Below, piece by piece: positions 1 through 12,300 of a stretch of 64,000 bases of DNA. Every line of letters starts with the position of its first letter. Position 1 is the stretch's first letter. The notes below the pieces were generated by a model. That model searched no databases, was not told the DNA's origin, and saw only the letters and a list, made by a program, of their open reading frames with translations. Source of the DNA: an uncultured Clostridia bacterium (GTDB lineage: Bacteria; Bacillota; Clostridia; Christensenellales; Borkfalkiaceae); the NCBI GenBank assembly GCA_944358655.1, contig CALVRO010000008.1:320-64319 (forward strand). Direction: 5' to 3'. The position numbers and the translations under genes are program-made.

Positions 1-29
1 AATTATGTATCAACTGTATTAAATTTCGC

Positions 30-1238
30 CTATTTCACAAAGCGTGAGAGGATGCCGAGAATTATTTCCACGCTCTTTTCCATGCTGTCCACGGGCACGA
101 ATTCGTTTTTGGCGTGGGCGTTGTGCCCGCCCGTTGCAATGTTGGGGCAGGGCAGACCCATGTACGAGAGCGAACTGCCGTCCGTGCCGCCGCGGGTGGG
201 TTCTATCCTCGGCTGAACGCCTGCGGCCTTCATGGCCTCGGCCGCGGCCTCGACTATCTCCATGCGCTCGCCTATCACGCGCGCGCAGTTGTAGTATTGG
301 TCGCGAATGGTGAGGTGCACTCGGCCGGGGTAGGTCTTTTCAAACCTTGCGGCCAGATGCGAAAGGTAAGCTTTGCGAGCTTCGAACTTTTTGTCGTCGT
401 GGTCGCGGATGATGCCCGAAAGGACGCATTTTTCAACGTCGCCCTCCACCGAGTTGACAAAGTAATAGCCCTCTCTGCCCTCGGTGGTCTCCGGCCGCTC
501 GTCGGCGGGGAGGAGGGATATCAGCTCGTTTGCAATAATAACGGCGTTTATCATCTTGCCCTTTGCCGAGCCGGGGTGAATGTTCTTGCCCTCTATTTCA
601 AAAGTAAAGGCAGCGCCGTTGAAGGTTTCGTAGCTCAGCTCGCCTATCTCCTCGCCGTCGACGGTATAGGCGAAGTCGCACCCGAAGCCCGCAACGTCGA
701 ACAGCTTTGCGCCGTGGCCTATCTCCTCGTCGGGGGTGAAGGCTATGCCTACGTCGCCGTGGCGGTACTCGGGATGGTTGACGATATACTCGGCGGCCGC
801 CATTATCTCGGCCACGCCCGCCTTGTCGTCGGCGCTCAGAATGGTCGTGCCGTCGGAGGTGACAATGTCCTGCCCGACGTACCTTTCAAGGGCGGGGCAG
901 TCGCAAAGCTTGACGTCGGTGCCGTTGCCTATCACAAGGTCGCCGCCCTCGTAGCGGATGATGCGCGGCTCAATGCCGACGGCGAGCGGCTGATCGACGG
1001 TATCTATGTGGGCGATAAACCCCACCGCCGCCGAAGCGGGCGCGTTGGCGGGTATCTTTGCGTAGACATACCCGTGCTCGGTCATTTTTGCCGCGAGCCC
1101 CATGTCCTCAAGCTCTTTAAAGAGCTCCCTTGCAAGGTCGAGCTGGCAGGGCGTGGAGGGGGTGGAGGAGGCGTTGTCCTCCGCGCTCGGGGTGTCTATC
1201 TGCACATATCTTAAAAATTTAGAGAGTACGTTGCTCAT
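30..1238 (-). CDS. pepT: Peptidase T (tripeptide aminopeptidase, M20 family)
   Basis: 402-aa ORF. The blocks [32 protein letters not shown] and TRGGTDGS match the conserved PepT/M20 blocks as I remember them. The overlapping + strand ORFs look like GC-driven shadow ORFs. Confidence 0.9.
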   Translation of the reverse strand: MSNVLSKFLRYVQIDTPSAEDNASSTPSTPCQLDLARELFKELEDMGLAAKMTEHGYVYAKIPANAPASAAVGFIAHIDTVDQPLAVGIEPRIIRYEGGDLVIGNGTDVKLCDCPALERYVGQDIVTSDGTTILSADDKAGVAEIMAAAEYIVNHPEYRHGDVGIAFTPDEEIGHGAKLFDVAGFGCDFAYTVDGEEIGELSYETFNGAAFTFEIEGKNIHPGSAKGKMINAVIIANELISLLPADERPETTEGREGYYFVNSVEGDVEKCVLSGIIRDHDDKKFEARKAYLSHLAARFEKTYPGRVHLTIRDQYYNCARVIGERMEIVEAAAEAMKAAGVQPRIEPTRGGTDGSSLSYMGLPCPNIATGGHNAHAKNEFVPVDSMEKSVEIILGILSRFVK

Positions 1239-1244
1239 AATTTG

Positions 1245-1439
1245 TCACTTAAAGCAGTTGGTGGCCTCGTCGTAAATATATCCTATTTTTTGCAAACGAC
1301 CGCATATATCCCCGCGCGAAAGGGCGTTGTCCTCGCAAAATTCATCCAGCGAGGAGTACTCGTCCCTCAGTTTGGTATTGACAAGCGAAAGCAAAATAAA
1401 ATCGTCTTGGGGCAGCTGCATAACAATATTATAGCACAT
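1245..1439 (-). CDS. DUF4250-family small protein
   Basis: 64-aa ORF lying 6 nt upstream of pepT on the same strand. The stretch [22 protein letters not shown]...IGYIYDE resembles DUF4250 proteins as I recall them. Confidence 0.7.
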   Translation of the reverse strand: MCYNIVMQLPQDDFILLSLVNTKLRDEYSSLDEFCEDNALSRGDICGRLQKIGYIYDEATNCFK

Positions 1440-1449
1440 TTATTTTTAT

Positions 1450-1478
1450 TTGCAAACCTGCGCGGGCTGTGTTATAAT
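1450..1478 (+). promoter_or_regulatory. Sigma-70-like promoter for mnmA, consistent with a leaderless transcript
   Basis: TTGCAA (1450-1455), a 17-nt spacer, then TATAAT (1473-1478). The ATG at 1485 lies only 6 nt after the -10 hexamer and no Shine-Dalgarno is present. Confidence 0.45.
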
Positions 1479-1484
1479 ATTTTT

Positions 1485-2552
1485 ATGAAAAAAAAGACGG
1501 TAGTCGTCGGCATGAGCGGCGGCGTGGACAGCTCGGTGGCTGCCCTGCTCCTCAAGGAGCAGGGGTACAACGTAATAGGCCTGTTTATGTTGAATTGGGA
1601 GGAGGCCGCCGACGGCGCCTGCACGGCCGAGGGTGACTTCGAGGACGTGCGCAGAGTGTGCGCTCTTCTCGATATCCCCTACTATTCGGTCAACTTTGCC
1701 AGGCAGTATGCCGACAGAGTTTTTTCCCATTTCCTCAGTGAATATGCCGCGGGCAGAACGCCCAACCCCGACGTTCTGTGCAACCGCGAGATAAAGTTCG
1801 GGCCCTTCCGCGAGTATGCGCTCTCGATGGGCGCCGACTATATCGCCACGGGCCACTATTGCGGCGTCGACCACAACGCCGACGGCAGGCACTACCTTTT
1901 AAAGGCGGCGGATGCGGGCAAAGACCAGACCTATTTTTTAAATCAGGTCACGCAGGAGCAGCTCGAGCGCGTGCTCTTTCCCCTCGCCGGCCTCAAAAAG
2001 GAGGAGGTGCGCGCCATCGCCGCCTCAAACGGCCTCTCCACCGCCAAAAAGAAGGATTCTACGGGGATATGCTTTATCGGCGAGAGAAATTTCCGCGCCT
2101 TTTTAAGGCAGTATCTGCCCGCGCAGCCCGGCAGGATAGTCACGCTCGACGGCGAGGACGTGGGCGAACACATCGGCCTGATGTACTACACCCTCGGCCA
2201 GCGCAGGGGGCTCGACCTCGGCGGAAAGCAGGGCGAGAGCGGCCGCTGGTTTGTGGTAAAAAAGGACGTTAAGAACAATATCCTCTACGTCTCCCACGGC
2301 GACGAGAGCCCCCTTTACACCTCGTCGTGCGAGGTCAAGGATATAAATTGGATAGGATATATGCCCGAACGAACGACTTTTACATGCACGGCGAAGTTCC
2401 GCTACCGCCAGAGCGAGCAGGGCGTTAAGGTCACCCTTACGGAGGGCGGGGCGCACGTCGACTTCGACGAGCCTCAACGCGCCGTCACCCCGGGGCAGTA
2501 CGCCGTGTTCTACGACGCCACGCGCTGTCTCGGCGGCGGGGTAATAATCTGA
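1485..2552 (+). CDS. mnmA: tRNA-specific 2-thiouridylase MnmA
   Basis: N-terminal PP-loop [20 protein letters not shown], plus [18 protein letters not shown] and STGICFIGE blocks. The ORF-track start at 1242 adds 81 aa with no family resemblance and overlaps the divergent gene, so the ATG at 1485 was chosen. Confidence 0.93.
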   Translation: MKKKTVVVGMSGGVDSSVAALLLKEQGYNVIGLFMLNWEEAADGACTAEGDFEDVRRVCALLDIPYYSVNFARQYADRVFSHFLSEYAAGRTPNPDVLCNREIKFGPFREYALSMGADYIATGHYCGVDHNADGRHYLLKAADAGKDQTYFLNQVTQEQLERVLFPLAGLKKEEVRAIAASNGLSTAKKKDSTGICFIGERNFRAFLRQYLPAQPGRIVTLDGEDVGEHIGLMYYTLGQRRGLDLGGKQGESGRWFVVKKDVKNNILYVSHGDESPLYTSSCEVKDINWIGYMPERTTFTCTAKFRYRQSEQGVKVTLTEGGAHVDFDEPQRAVTPGQYAVFYDATRCLGGGVII

Positions 2553-2673
2553 CCGCCTGTCACGTTGCATATCGGTTGATGCCGTAATATGCGGCAACTA
2601 ACGATATATAACGCGTATAAAGCGCGCGGGAAATCATTTGATCCGAAATGAAACAAAACATAAACCTACAACA

Positions 2674-2704
2674 GCGGCGGGCTTTGCCCGCCGCCCTTCT
2701 TTTG
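2674..2704 (+). terminator. Intrinsic terminator after mnmA
   Basis: Hairpin GCGGCGGGC-tttg-CCCGCCGC followed by ccttcttttg. Confidence 0.6.
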
Positions 2705-3314
2705 CGCTCTTTTATCTCGTCCCGCTCCCTCCCTCCGCAGGTCGGCGCTGCGTTGTGGGGCGGATATATGTTGGCGGGAGCAATGCTCGTCGCCGACAAG
2801 ACCGAGCGATCAGGGCCAAGGCGATAAGATACAACCGTAAATTAAAGAGATAGATCTTTTAAATGGATTTCTCGCCGATAATTTAAAGGGGAAGGTGCGG
2901 TGTTTGATCCGGATTAAGCGTTTTCTTCTTAAAAATAAGCACAATTTGCTACACGAAAGGAAATCTGCGCTCAACAAAAATCGTTTGGAGTGTGATATAA
3001 TCATAGTGGATGACGGGCGGGTATTTTATTTTTCAAAGGATGGCAACGCAAAAGCTGTGTCATCGAGCCGAAAAAGTGCGCCATATGTGCGCTGATAAAC
3101 TTCGCGGCTTACCGCACAAAAAAATATGCGGAGAGCGTAAAAAATTTTTTCGCCATTATCAGTTTCTGATACACCCGTATGTTATAATATAAACGCGGTA
3201 TAGGCAGGCGTTAAATTGTCCGGTATTTTAGTCGGTCAAATATCGTTTTGACGGCTGCAGAGCAAAAGCGGATATGCCGCAAAAAGATAATTTCTTTCAC
3301 AAGGAGGATGACTT

Positions 3315-6300
3315 ATGTCCGGTAAAAACAAAGTCAAAACATTGGCCTTATGTATTATTGCGCTGGTTTTCTTTATTGCCGTGGCTTTAGGGTGTTGGTT
3401 TTTGTTCAGCGAGAGCAAGTTGGATAAAATACAGCAATCGGCAATAAGCGAGCTTGACGCCAATGTCGGGCGCTACGACGAGAGCAAAATAGTGCTCGGC
3501 AACACGTCGCGCAGCGCGGCAACGGCAATGGCAGAAAAATACGGAGCAAAACTCAGAATAACCCAAGACGGCAGTTTTGCAACGCTGACTCTGCCGGAAG
3601 GCGTTACCATTCGCGATGTTTTTTCGGCCCGCGAAAATCGCGGGGATATTCCTTATATGTCGATAGACTATATGGCGAACGCGTCCGAGACAGATGAGGA
3701 CGGGCTCATGCCGGCTACTCCCGAGTACGACGTGTCGGACGATCTGTACGGATATCAGTCCTATCTCGATTACATAAATATCGGCGAGACGTGGAACAGC
3801 TATAGGGGCAGCGGCGTCACCGTGGCCGTCATAGACACGGGTATAGATACCGATCATCCCGAATTTGCAGGGAAGATAAGCGAGTATTCATACAACGCTA
3901 CCGAGGATAAGGTCGTAAAGGACTACGATCTGTCGGTAATAGAGGACGAGTACGGTCACGGCACCGCCGTGGCGGGGACTATTGCCGCGGCAATGGACGG
4001 CAGCGGCACCGTGGGTGTCGCGCCCGAAGTTTCTCTGCTCGTCATCAAGGCCGAGTGCAGTCCAAACGGAACGTTTTACAGGACATCCGACCTCGTGTTC
4101 GGTCTGTATTATGCCATAGAGCGCGATGCGGACGTCGTCAACATGTCGTTCGGGGGCTACGGCGGCAACGCCTACGCTTCGGCAACCAAGCTCGCTGTCG
4201 AAAGCGATATCGTCTGCGTGGCGGCTGCCGGTAACGACGCCACCTCGGTTTTAATGTATCCCGCCGCCGACGAAAACGTTATAGGCGTCGGAGCGCTGGC
4301 GGACGGCAGTTATGAACTTGCCGGCTATTCCAACTACGGCGATAATTCCGACGTGGTCGCTCCCGGTACGGTGTACACCACGCTGATGGGCGGAACATAC
4401 GGCACGATAAACGGAACCTCGTTTGCCTCTCCCATCGTGGCGGGCGCTATTGCGCTGTTGAAAAATCAGAGCGCATACATGGAGACGGAGGAAGTCCGCG
4501 AACTCCTATATGCCTCCACGGCAGATATCGGCAGTTTAGGTGACGACTGGTTCTTCGGTTACGGTGCACTCGACGTAAACGCGCTCGTCTGCGAGGAGAG
4601 GGGCATTGTGACCTTTGATATGCTCACCGACGAGGTGGAGGATATCCAAAGGGTATTCATCCGCGACCATACTTTGCAGAACTTGCCCGAGCCCGAGCGT
4701 AACTACGCCGTTTTCGACGGGTGGTATTACGATATCCATTGCACCGAGGAGCTAAATTGGTATTCCGACAGGTTCGTATCCGATATAACGTTGTATGCCA
4801 ATTGGGTCAACGAGGATGACGGGATACCCTATACATATGTCATTCTCGATGACGGAACGGTGGAAATAAGATCTTATACGGGTCACAGAAGATATATCAC
4901 CATCCCCGACAGGATAGAGGGGAGAGTGGTTTCGTCTATAGGAGATTTCGCCTTTGAAAACTGTTCGGAACTCAGGCAGATCAATCTTCCCGAGGGCCTC
5001 GTAAATATAGGCATGGGTGCGTTCAGCGGCTGTTCGCAGCTCAGCTCCGTTGCCATTCCGGACGGGGTCACATATATAGGTTCGCAGGCGTTTGCAAATA
5101 ACGCCCGCCTTGCCGAAGTGGCATGGTCGCCCGATATAGCCCTTACCACGATAGGCGACATGGCATTTGCCAACTGCGGCAGCCTTACGCGATTTGACGT
5201 GCCGCGCAACGTATCCTATCTCAACGGCTCGGCCTTTTTCGGGGCAAACGGCATGCGCATGTTTTCTGTGGCCGCAGGTAACGGGCATTTCTATGCGGAC
5301 GGCGGAGTGCTGTTCGATATTACGGGCGATACGCTTGTCGCCTATCCCGCGGGATTGAGCGGCGGGTACGATCTGCCCGAAAACGTGACGCGTATAGGTA
5401 CGCATGCTTTCGGGTATGCGCGGCTGACCGATATCGATCTGGGCAACGTGCAGACCATTGACAGATATGCCTTTGCGTATTCGCTTCTGGAGGAGCTGTC
5501 CATTCCCGACAGCGTGACGTATTTTGGCGAATATGCTTTCGCCTATAACTATTACCTTAAAGATCTGACGATAGGCAGGGGGGTATATTCCATAACAAAG
5601 TATGCCTTCATGTATGATTACGAACTTGCCGAACTCAATCTTCCCGCCAATATCATACAGATAGAAATGTGGGCGTTTGCCTACGCGGGCGTCGGACGGA
5701 TCAACTTTGCTCCCGACGGCGATTTGATGCAGATAGGCGACTATTCGTTCTATATGTGCGATATCCGCGAACTGGATATTCCCGGGTCGCTAATGTCGAT
5801 AGGCGGTGCGGCCTTCTCATGGAATACCGCCCTTTCGCAAGTAACATTTACCGACAACGCCAATTTACAGTATATAGGCGGGGAGGCTTTTGGCTACGCA
5901 TATTCCCTGAAGAGCATAACTCTGCCCGACGGCCTTCTCGAAGTGGGCGATTACGCCTTCCGCGACAGCGCGCTTGCGGGCACGGTTTGTATTCCGGCCT
6001 CGGTAAACCATATCGGATTCGGCGTGTTTGCCGAGTGCCATGACCTGGAAAATATCGAAGTGGACGCCGATAGCGCCTGCTATGTCGACGCGGACGGCGT
6101 TGTCTATACTTACGATCTTACAACGCTCGTCATGTATCCGGTAGGCAATATGCGCACTCTCTATGAAATACCCGAAGGCACGCTCGTCGTCAACGAGGGG
6201 GCGTTCTACGGGGCGCATGAGCTTACGGATATAGTCCTTCCTTTCTCGCTTACCAATATTGAAGCGTATGCGTTTTACGATGTCCCGAATATAACGCGGA

Positions 6301-9300
6301 TAGATATTCCCGACAACGTCATACAGATAAGCAATTACGCCTTTGCAAACGACAGGGCTCTCGAAAATATCAACTTCACCGAAAACAGCAAACTGCCCCG
6401 CATAAGCTACGCCGCGTTTGCGTACACGGGAATAACTTCCTTCCGCGTGCCCGCAAGCGTCACGTCCGTGGCGCAGTACGCATTCGAAGGCTGTAGCCGT
6501 CTGACCTCAATCACGTTTGTCGCAGGCAGCAAGCTGGAGAGCGTTACCGCCTATATGTTTTTGGGCTGCGACGCTTTGACCGAGGTAATATTTGAGGACG
6601 GCTCCGCGCTCTCGTCGATCCAGGCGCACGGCTTCGAGGGCATGAAAAAACTGAACAGGGTGGATTTCGGCGACGCCGCACTCAAAAATATAGATAATTT
6701 CGCCTTCCGCTATGATGAAGCGCTTCAGTCGATAACAATACCCGACGGAGTGGAGTATATAGGCAGATATGCCTTTTATATGGCCAAATCGTTGAGCGAG
6801 GTGACCTTGCCGGCGTCGGTCAACTTCATCGGCCGCAATGCTTTTTACGGCACCGATGACATAGACGTCTACTTCACGTCCGAGCTTCTGCCCGCAACTC
6901 TGCAGGAAAATTGGGACAGCGGAATAGCCGGCTACTACCTCAATGTGGAGAATGTCGCCGAGGAGGGCGATTGGAAATATGCCGTTTCCGCTTCCGGCAA
7001 CGTCACTATACTTGAATATAACGGTGAGTCGACCGAAATCGATTTGAACGACGTTCCCATAACGGCAGAGGGAGATATCGTGTCGATAGGCGGGTATGCC
7101 TTCTATGACAGCCCCGTCGAGAGCGTCATCCTGCCCGACACGCTCATTAACATTCAAAGATATGCCTTTGCGTACAGCGCGCTCGGCAGTATTTCGGTGC
7201 CGGCAGGCGTTACGTTCATCGGTGCATATGCCTTCTACAATACGCCCATAGAGAGCGCTACGTTTGCCGAAGGCAGCGCCCTCGGCCGTATAGAACAGTA
7301 TGCGTTCGCATATACGCAGTCCCTTTCCGGCATAGCCCTGCCCGCCGCGCTCAACGCCATAGGAACGTACGCCTTCCACAATTCGGGGATAGCCGCTCTG
7401 ACGTTTGCCGAGGACAGCATACTGACCGACATTCCCGCCCATTGCTTCAGCGCGACGTCGCTTGTCGGGGTCGTTTTGCCGGACAGCGTAGTTTATGTCG
7501 ACGACAGCGCCTTCCGCGACTGCCGCAATCTGGCATCGGTGACATTCGGCGGAGGCGAGGATTTGCAGCTTCATTCAAACGTGTTCTATAATACGGGCCT
7601 TACGTCGCTGAACATTCCTGCAAATGTGGAATATATAGGCGAATACACCTTTGTGGGGCTGGAGAAGCTTACGGCTTTCACCGTCGATGAGAATAACAAA
7701 TATTACAGCTCCGTGGACGGCGTCCTGTATAATAAGGACGGGTCTAAACTTATCGCCATGCCTGCGGGGAGGACGGGTAGTTTTACCGTGCCTGCCCATG
7801 TGGAGAGCATAGGTTTCGGCGCCTTCGAAAATTCATCCCTCTCCGAAGTGCTGTTCGAGGACGGTATAAATCTTCTTGCGTTGGGTTATCGTTCGTTCTA
7901 TAATGCCGAAAACTTAAAAACAATATCCATTCCCGCAAGCGTTGTATCCATAGACTACTATGCGTTTGCCGAGTGCGACAGCCTGTACGAGGTGGAGTTT
8001 GCGCCCGATAACAAGCTGACCGGCATATATGAAGGCGCCTTCCTCAACTGTGCCGACCTTACAAACATAGTTGTTCCCGACAGCATAGTTGAGATATCCG
8101 ATTACGCCTTCTATGGCTGTCGTTCGCTCGACAGTCTGCCCGTCTCCGATACGAGCGAACTGAAAGGCATATACGACTACGCCTTTGCGTATTCGGGGAT
8201 TGACGAGCTGGATCTGCCCGTGACAATTACCGATATAGGCGATTATGCCTTCATGGGCACCGATCTCACCTCGGTAACCGTTCCCGACGACAATAAACTA
8301 TACCTCAATATGGGTATAGGCGTGTTTGCCGACTGCGACCGCATGACGGAAATAACTCTGCCGTTTGTGGGCGCGGGGTACGAAGACGAGGATATAAGCT
8401 GGTTCGGGTATATATTCGGCGCGGGCTCGTACGAGGCGAACGCTTCGTATGTTCCCAAAAGCCTCGAGGAGGTCACCATCAGCGACGGACTCACGTTTAT
8501 AGGCGAAAACGCCTTCTACGGTCTTGCCGATTTAAAGCGCATAAACGTTCCGCACAGCGTAACGGCGCTGTATTTGGGCGCGTTTGAAGGTACTACCGCC
8601 ATATACGAACTTACAAATGTAATATCCATTTACGGTAGCGATACGCCTTCGCATTCATTCTTCGGTAACGGAATATCCGGCACCCTTCACCTTGCAGAAG
8701 GTATTACCAAGATAGGTAACTGGACGATGAACGATATGGGCAATCTCGAAGAGTTCATTATCCCCGATAGCGTAACGCTTATAGAATATTGCGCATTTTA
8801 TAATTGTGATAACCTTTTAAGCGTAACGATTGGTTCAGGCGTGCAGGAAATAGGCGGAGGGGCGTTCTATGGGTGTACGCGTCTCGCCAGCGTATATAAC
8901 AGAAGTTCCCTAAGTATAGAATTTGGGGCAGAGAGTAACGGGAATGTCGCCTCGTATGCCAAACTTCTTATATCTGCGGACGGAACTAAAACTTATAGCG
9001 ACGGCGAGTTTATCTATATCGATACTCCGGATGATTTCCGTTTTATCAAAGAAGGCGATAATTATACGCTTATCGATTACAACGGTGATAATGATATAGT
9101 TGAATTGCCTGTTTCTATAGAAGGCAATATGTATGAAATATATCTTGAGCGTAACACTCGCATTAAAAAGGTCATAGTTCCCGAAGGTATAACTCAAATA
9201 GGGAAAAATGCGTTTAACACATGCACCAATCTTGTTGAGGTCATTCTTCCCGAATCACTTTTAGCTATCGGTGAAAGTGCTTTTTATGATTGTACAGCGC

Positions 9301-12300
9301 TTAAGAAGGTAAATATTCCCTCGCAAGTAACCCAAATACCTTATCAATGTTTTAAAAATTGTTCATCGCTTGAAGAAATCATTATACCGAACGGTGTAAC
9401 TTATATCGGTGACAGCGCTTTCGAGGGGACGGCATTAAAGAGTGTTTCAATTCCCGATGGCGTAACATATGTAAGAGGAGGTGCGTTCAATAATTGCGCG
9501 GAATTGACTTCGGTCTATATCGGCAGCGGGCTGAACGAGTTTTCGTCAAGCACTTTTGCCGAATGCAATGATTTAAACGAACTGATATTTTCACCTGAAA
9601 ACATGAACTTTGTATCCATAAACAGCTTTGTTTATAATAAAGAAGTTACCGAAATATTGTTTGCGCCAAGAAATGCCTCTGGAACAATCATTTTGCCTGA
9701 TACTATCACTCATATAGGTGCCAGTGCATTTTCAGGATGTGCAAATATTACAGAGATAGTAATTCCGGAAAGTGTTACAGGTATTGATTCATCGGCTTTT
9801 AAAGATTGTAGAAGTCTTACGGAAATCAATTTGCCGGAAGGCATTACAAGTATATCTGGCGGTGTATTTGAAAATTGTTCGTCACTTTTACATATCAATA
9901 TCCCTTCTACGGTTACTACTATCGAGTCATACGCATTTGGGGGCTGTACAAAACTGTCTGATGTTGTTATTCCCGATGGTGTGGAATTTATAGGTAACAG
10001 GGCATTTTTTGAATGTAAAGCTATAGATAGAATTGTTCTTCCGGATAGTGTTGTTACTCTCGATGATGATGCCTTTAACTCCTGCTATGGACTTAAAGAA
10101 GTTGTCCTATCGGAAAACATGACGGAGATAGCTGTTGGTGTATTCTCGCACTGCTATAATCTCTACAGAATAACAATTCCTGCCGGCATACAGAGTATAG
10201 ACGGGACGTGGGCTTTCTATAATTGTTATAAGCTTTATGAGGTCATCAACAACAGCGCCTTGCCTATAACTTTCGATAATGCCGATTATGGCTGGCTTAC
10301 GCAGAAATGTAAGGTCATCATCAATGCCGACGGGACAAAGATGACAAGGTACGACGACGTAATAACCATAGACACCCCCGAAGGGTTTAGGTTTGTAAGG
10401 GAAAACGGTTATTATTCGCTCAACGATTACCTCGGCGAAAATACCGATATTGCCCTGCCCGCAGATATCGAAGGCAGCAGCTATTCCATAAATCTGCGCG
10501 GTGTGTCCAATATTCGCTCGGTGGTCGTTCCCGAAGGTTTTACGTTCATAGACGATTTCGCCTTCTACGGCTGCGTAAACCTTGAAAGCGTCGCCCTGCC
10601 TTCATCAATAGAGGTAATAGGCGGTTCGGCTTTTTCAGAATGTGTTTCGCTCAAAAACGTCGATATGCAGAGCGGAGTCAGACAGATAGGCTCCGACGCC
10701 TTCAGCAACAGTACTTCGCTTGAGGAAGCTCCCCTGCCCGACACCGTGACCCAAATAGGTTCCCGCGTATTCCAAAATACCGCGTTCTATAACGACGCGC
10801 AAAATTGGACCGACGGCGGCCTGTACAACGGCAAAAACCTTATCTCCGTCAGGAAGGACATTACTAATTTTGTCGTTGCCGGGGATACCGTTTGCATAGC
10901 CGAGGACGCGTTTGAAGATTGTTTTATCCTCACCCACGTCACTATCGGCGGCGAGCACCGCGGAGCGCTATACAACGTTACAAATCTCCGCACGCTCGTC
11001 CTTACAAGCGTACCTTCAAGCGTATTCGGTTACTTCGATCAATATGGCGCGTCCGTGCCCGTAACTTTGGAAAATATAGTCGTCAGGCTCGGCTGCGAGA
11101 TGGGCGGAAGCGGCACATTCAGCGGGATATATGGCGTAACTATTTACGTTGAAGAGAAGGAAAACAATGTGCTGTGGGATATAGACTATCCCAACTGGAA
11201 CAACAACAATTCCGTGTATTACGGCGGAGATTGGATAAAGGCTCGGTTTTACGACTTTGAAAACGGGCTGATCTCGGAAGATTATTACACTACCGAGCAG
11301 ATGATCCGTCAACCGTATGTCGGCGATATTATCCGCGGTGAAGAAAAATACGTCTTTGTGGGATGGGATATCGACGGCGACGGTGTTGCCGACACTCTGC
11401 CCGCAATGTCGGCATACGACATTACGGCCAAGGCCGTAATGGTCGATTCGGCCGTTACATACAGCATAGTATTCCTCGGTATGGATAACGAGGTGCTCTA
11501 TAGCTATGAAGCCGAATACGGAAGCCGCATAACACCGCCCGAGAGTGTGGAGATCAAGGGATATGACTTTATCGAATGGATAGGTTATGTGCCCGGGATG
11601 ACGGTGACGGGCGATGTGGAGTTCCTTTCCGAATGGCAGCATGTGGGAGGCGGGCATGAATATACCTGCACGACGGTTGACCCGACCTGTACCGAAGAGG
11701 GGTACGATCTCTATGTGTGCGCGGCCTGCGGTGATGAGTACCGCCAAAATATCGTAGAACCGCTCGGCCATACCTTCGGACAATGGGTGACGGAAACTCC
11801 CGCCTCCTGCAGTGAAGAGGGCCTCGCCTATCGTCTGTGTTCGGCATGCGGCTGCAGAGAGGAGAGCATTCTCGCGCCTGCGGGACATAGTTATGTTGTG
11901 ACGGGCGGCAGTAAAGCCACTTGCACCCATTCGGGCGAAAGAATATATACATGCTCGGTCTGCGGAAACGTAGTTAAGGAAGAGGTCGACCCTACGGGCC
12001 ATAACTACGAAAAGAAGGTCGTTAAAAAATCTATATTCCAACTCATCCTCGAAGCGCTTGCCAACGTATTCTTCGGATATGAGGGCGAGGATATATATTT
12101 CTTCCGCTGTGCCGACTGCGGCAAGATCATGACGGGTGAAAACATGCCCGTAATGGGCACGTCGTCATCAGGTTCACACACGCATGCCGGCGGAGAATGG
12201 ACTGTTCTTACCCCCGCATCATGTCAGGAAGGATACGAAGTGAAGTATTGCCTTATCTGCAACGAGGTCGCCGAGGCAAGAGTTGTCGCTCCGAACGGCA

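Noticed and set aside
1242-1484. N-terminal extensions offered by the ORF track: mnmA from 1242, GH3-A from 41078, GH3-C from 52669, glnN to 26193, RR genes from 38798 and 60241, HK-2 from 61001, RHS from 28600, lipoprotein from 45237.
   Set aside because: In each case an internal ATG is preceded by a GGAGG-like RBS (for mnmA, by a promoter instead) and begins the conserved family N-terminus or signal peptide. The upstream extension has non-ATG or RBS-less starts and junk-like sequence.
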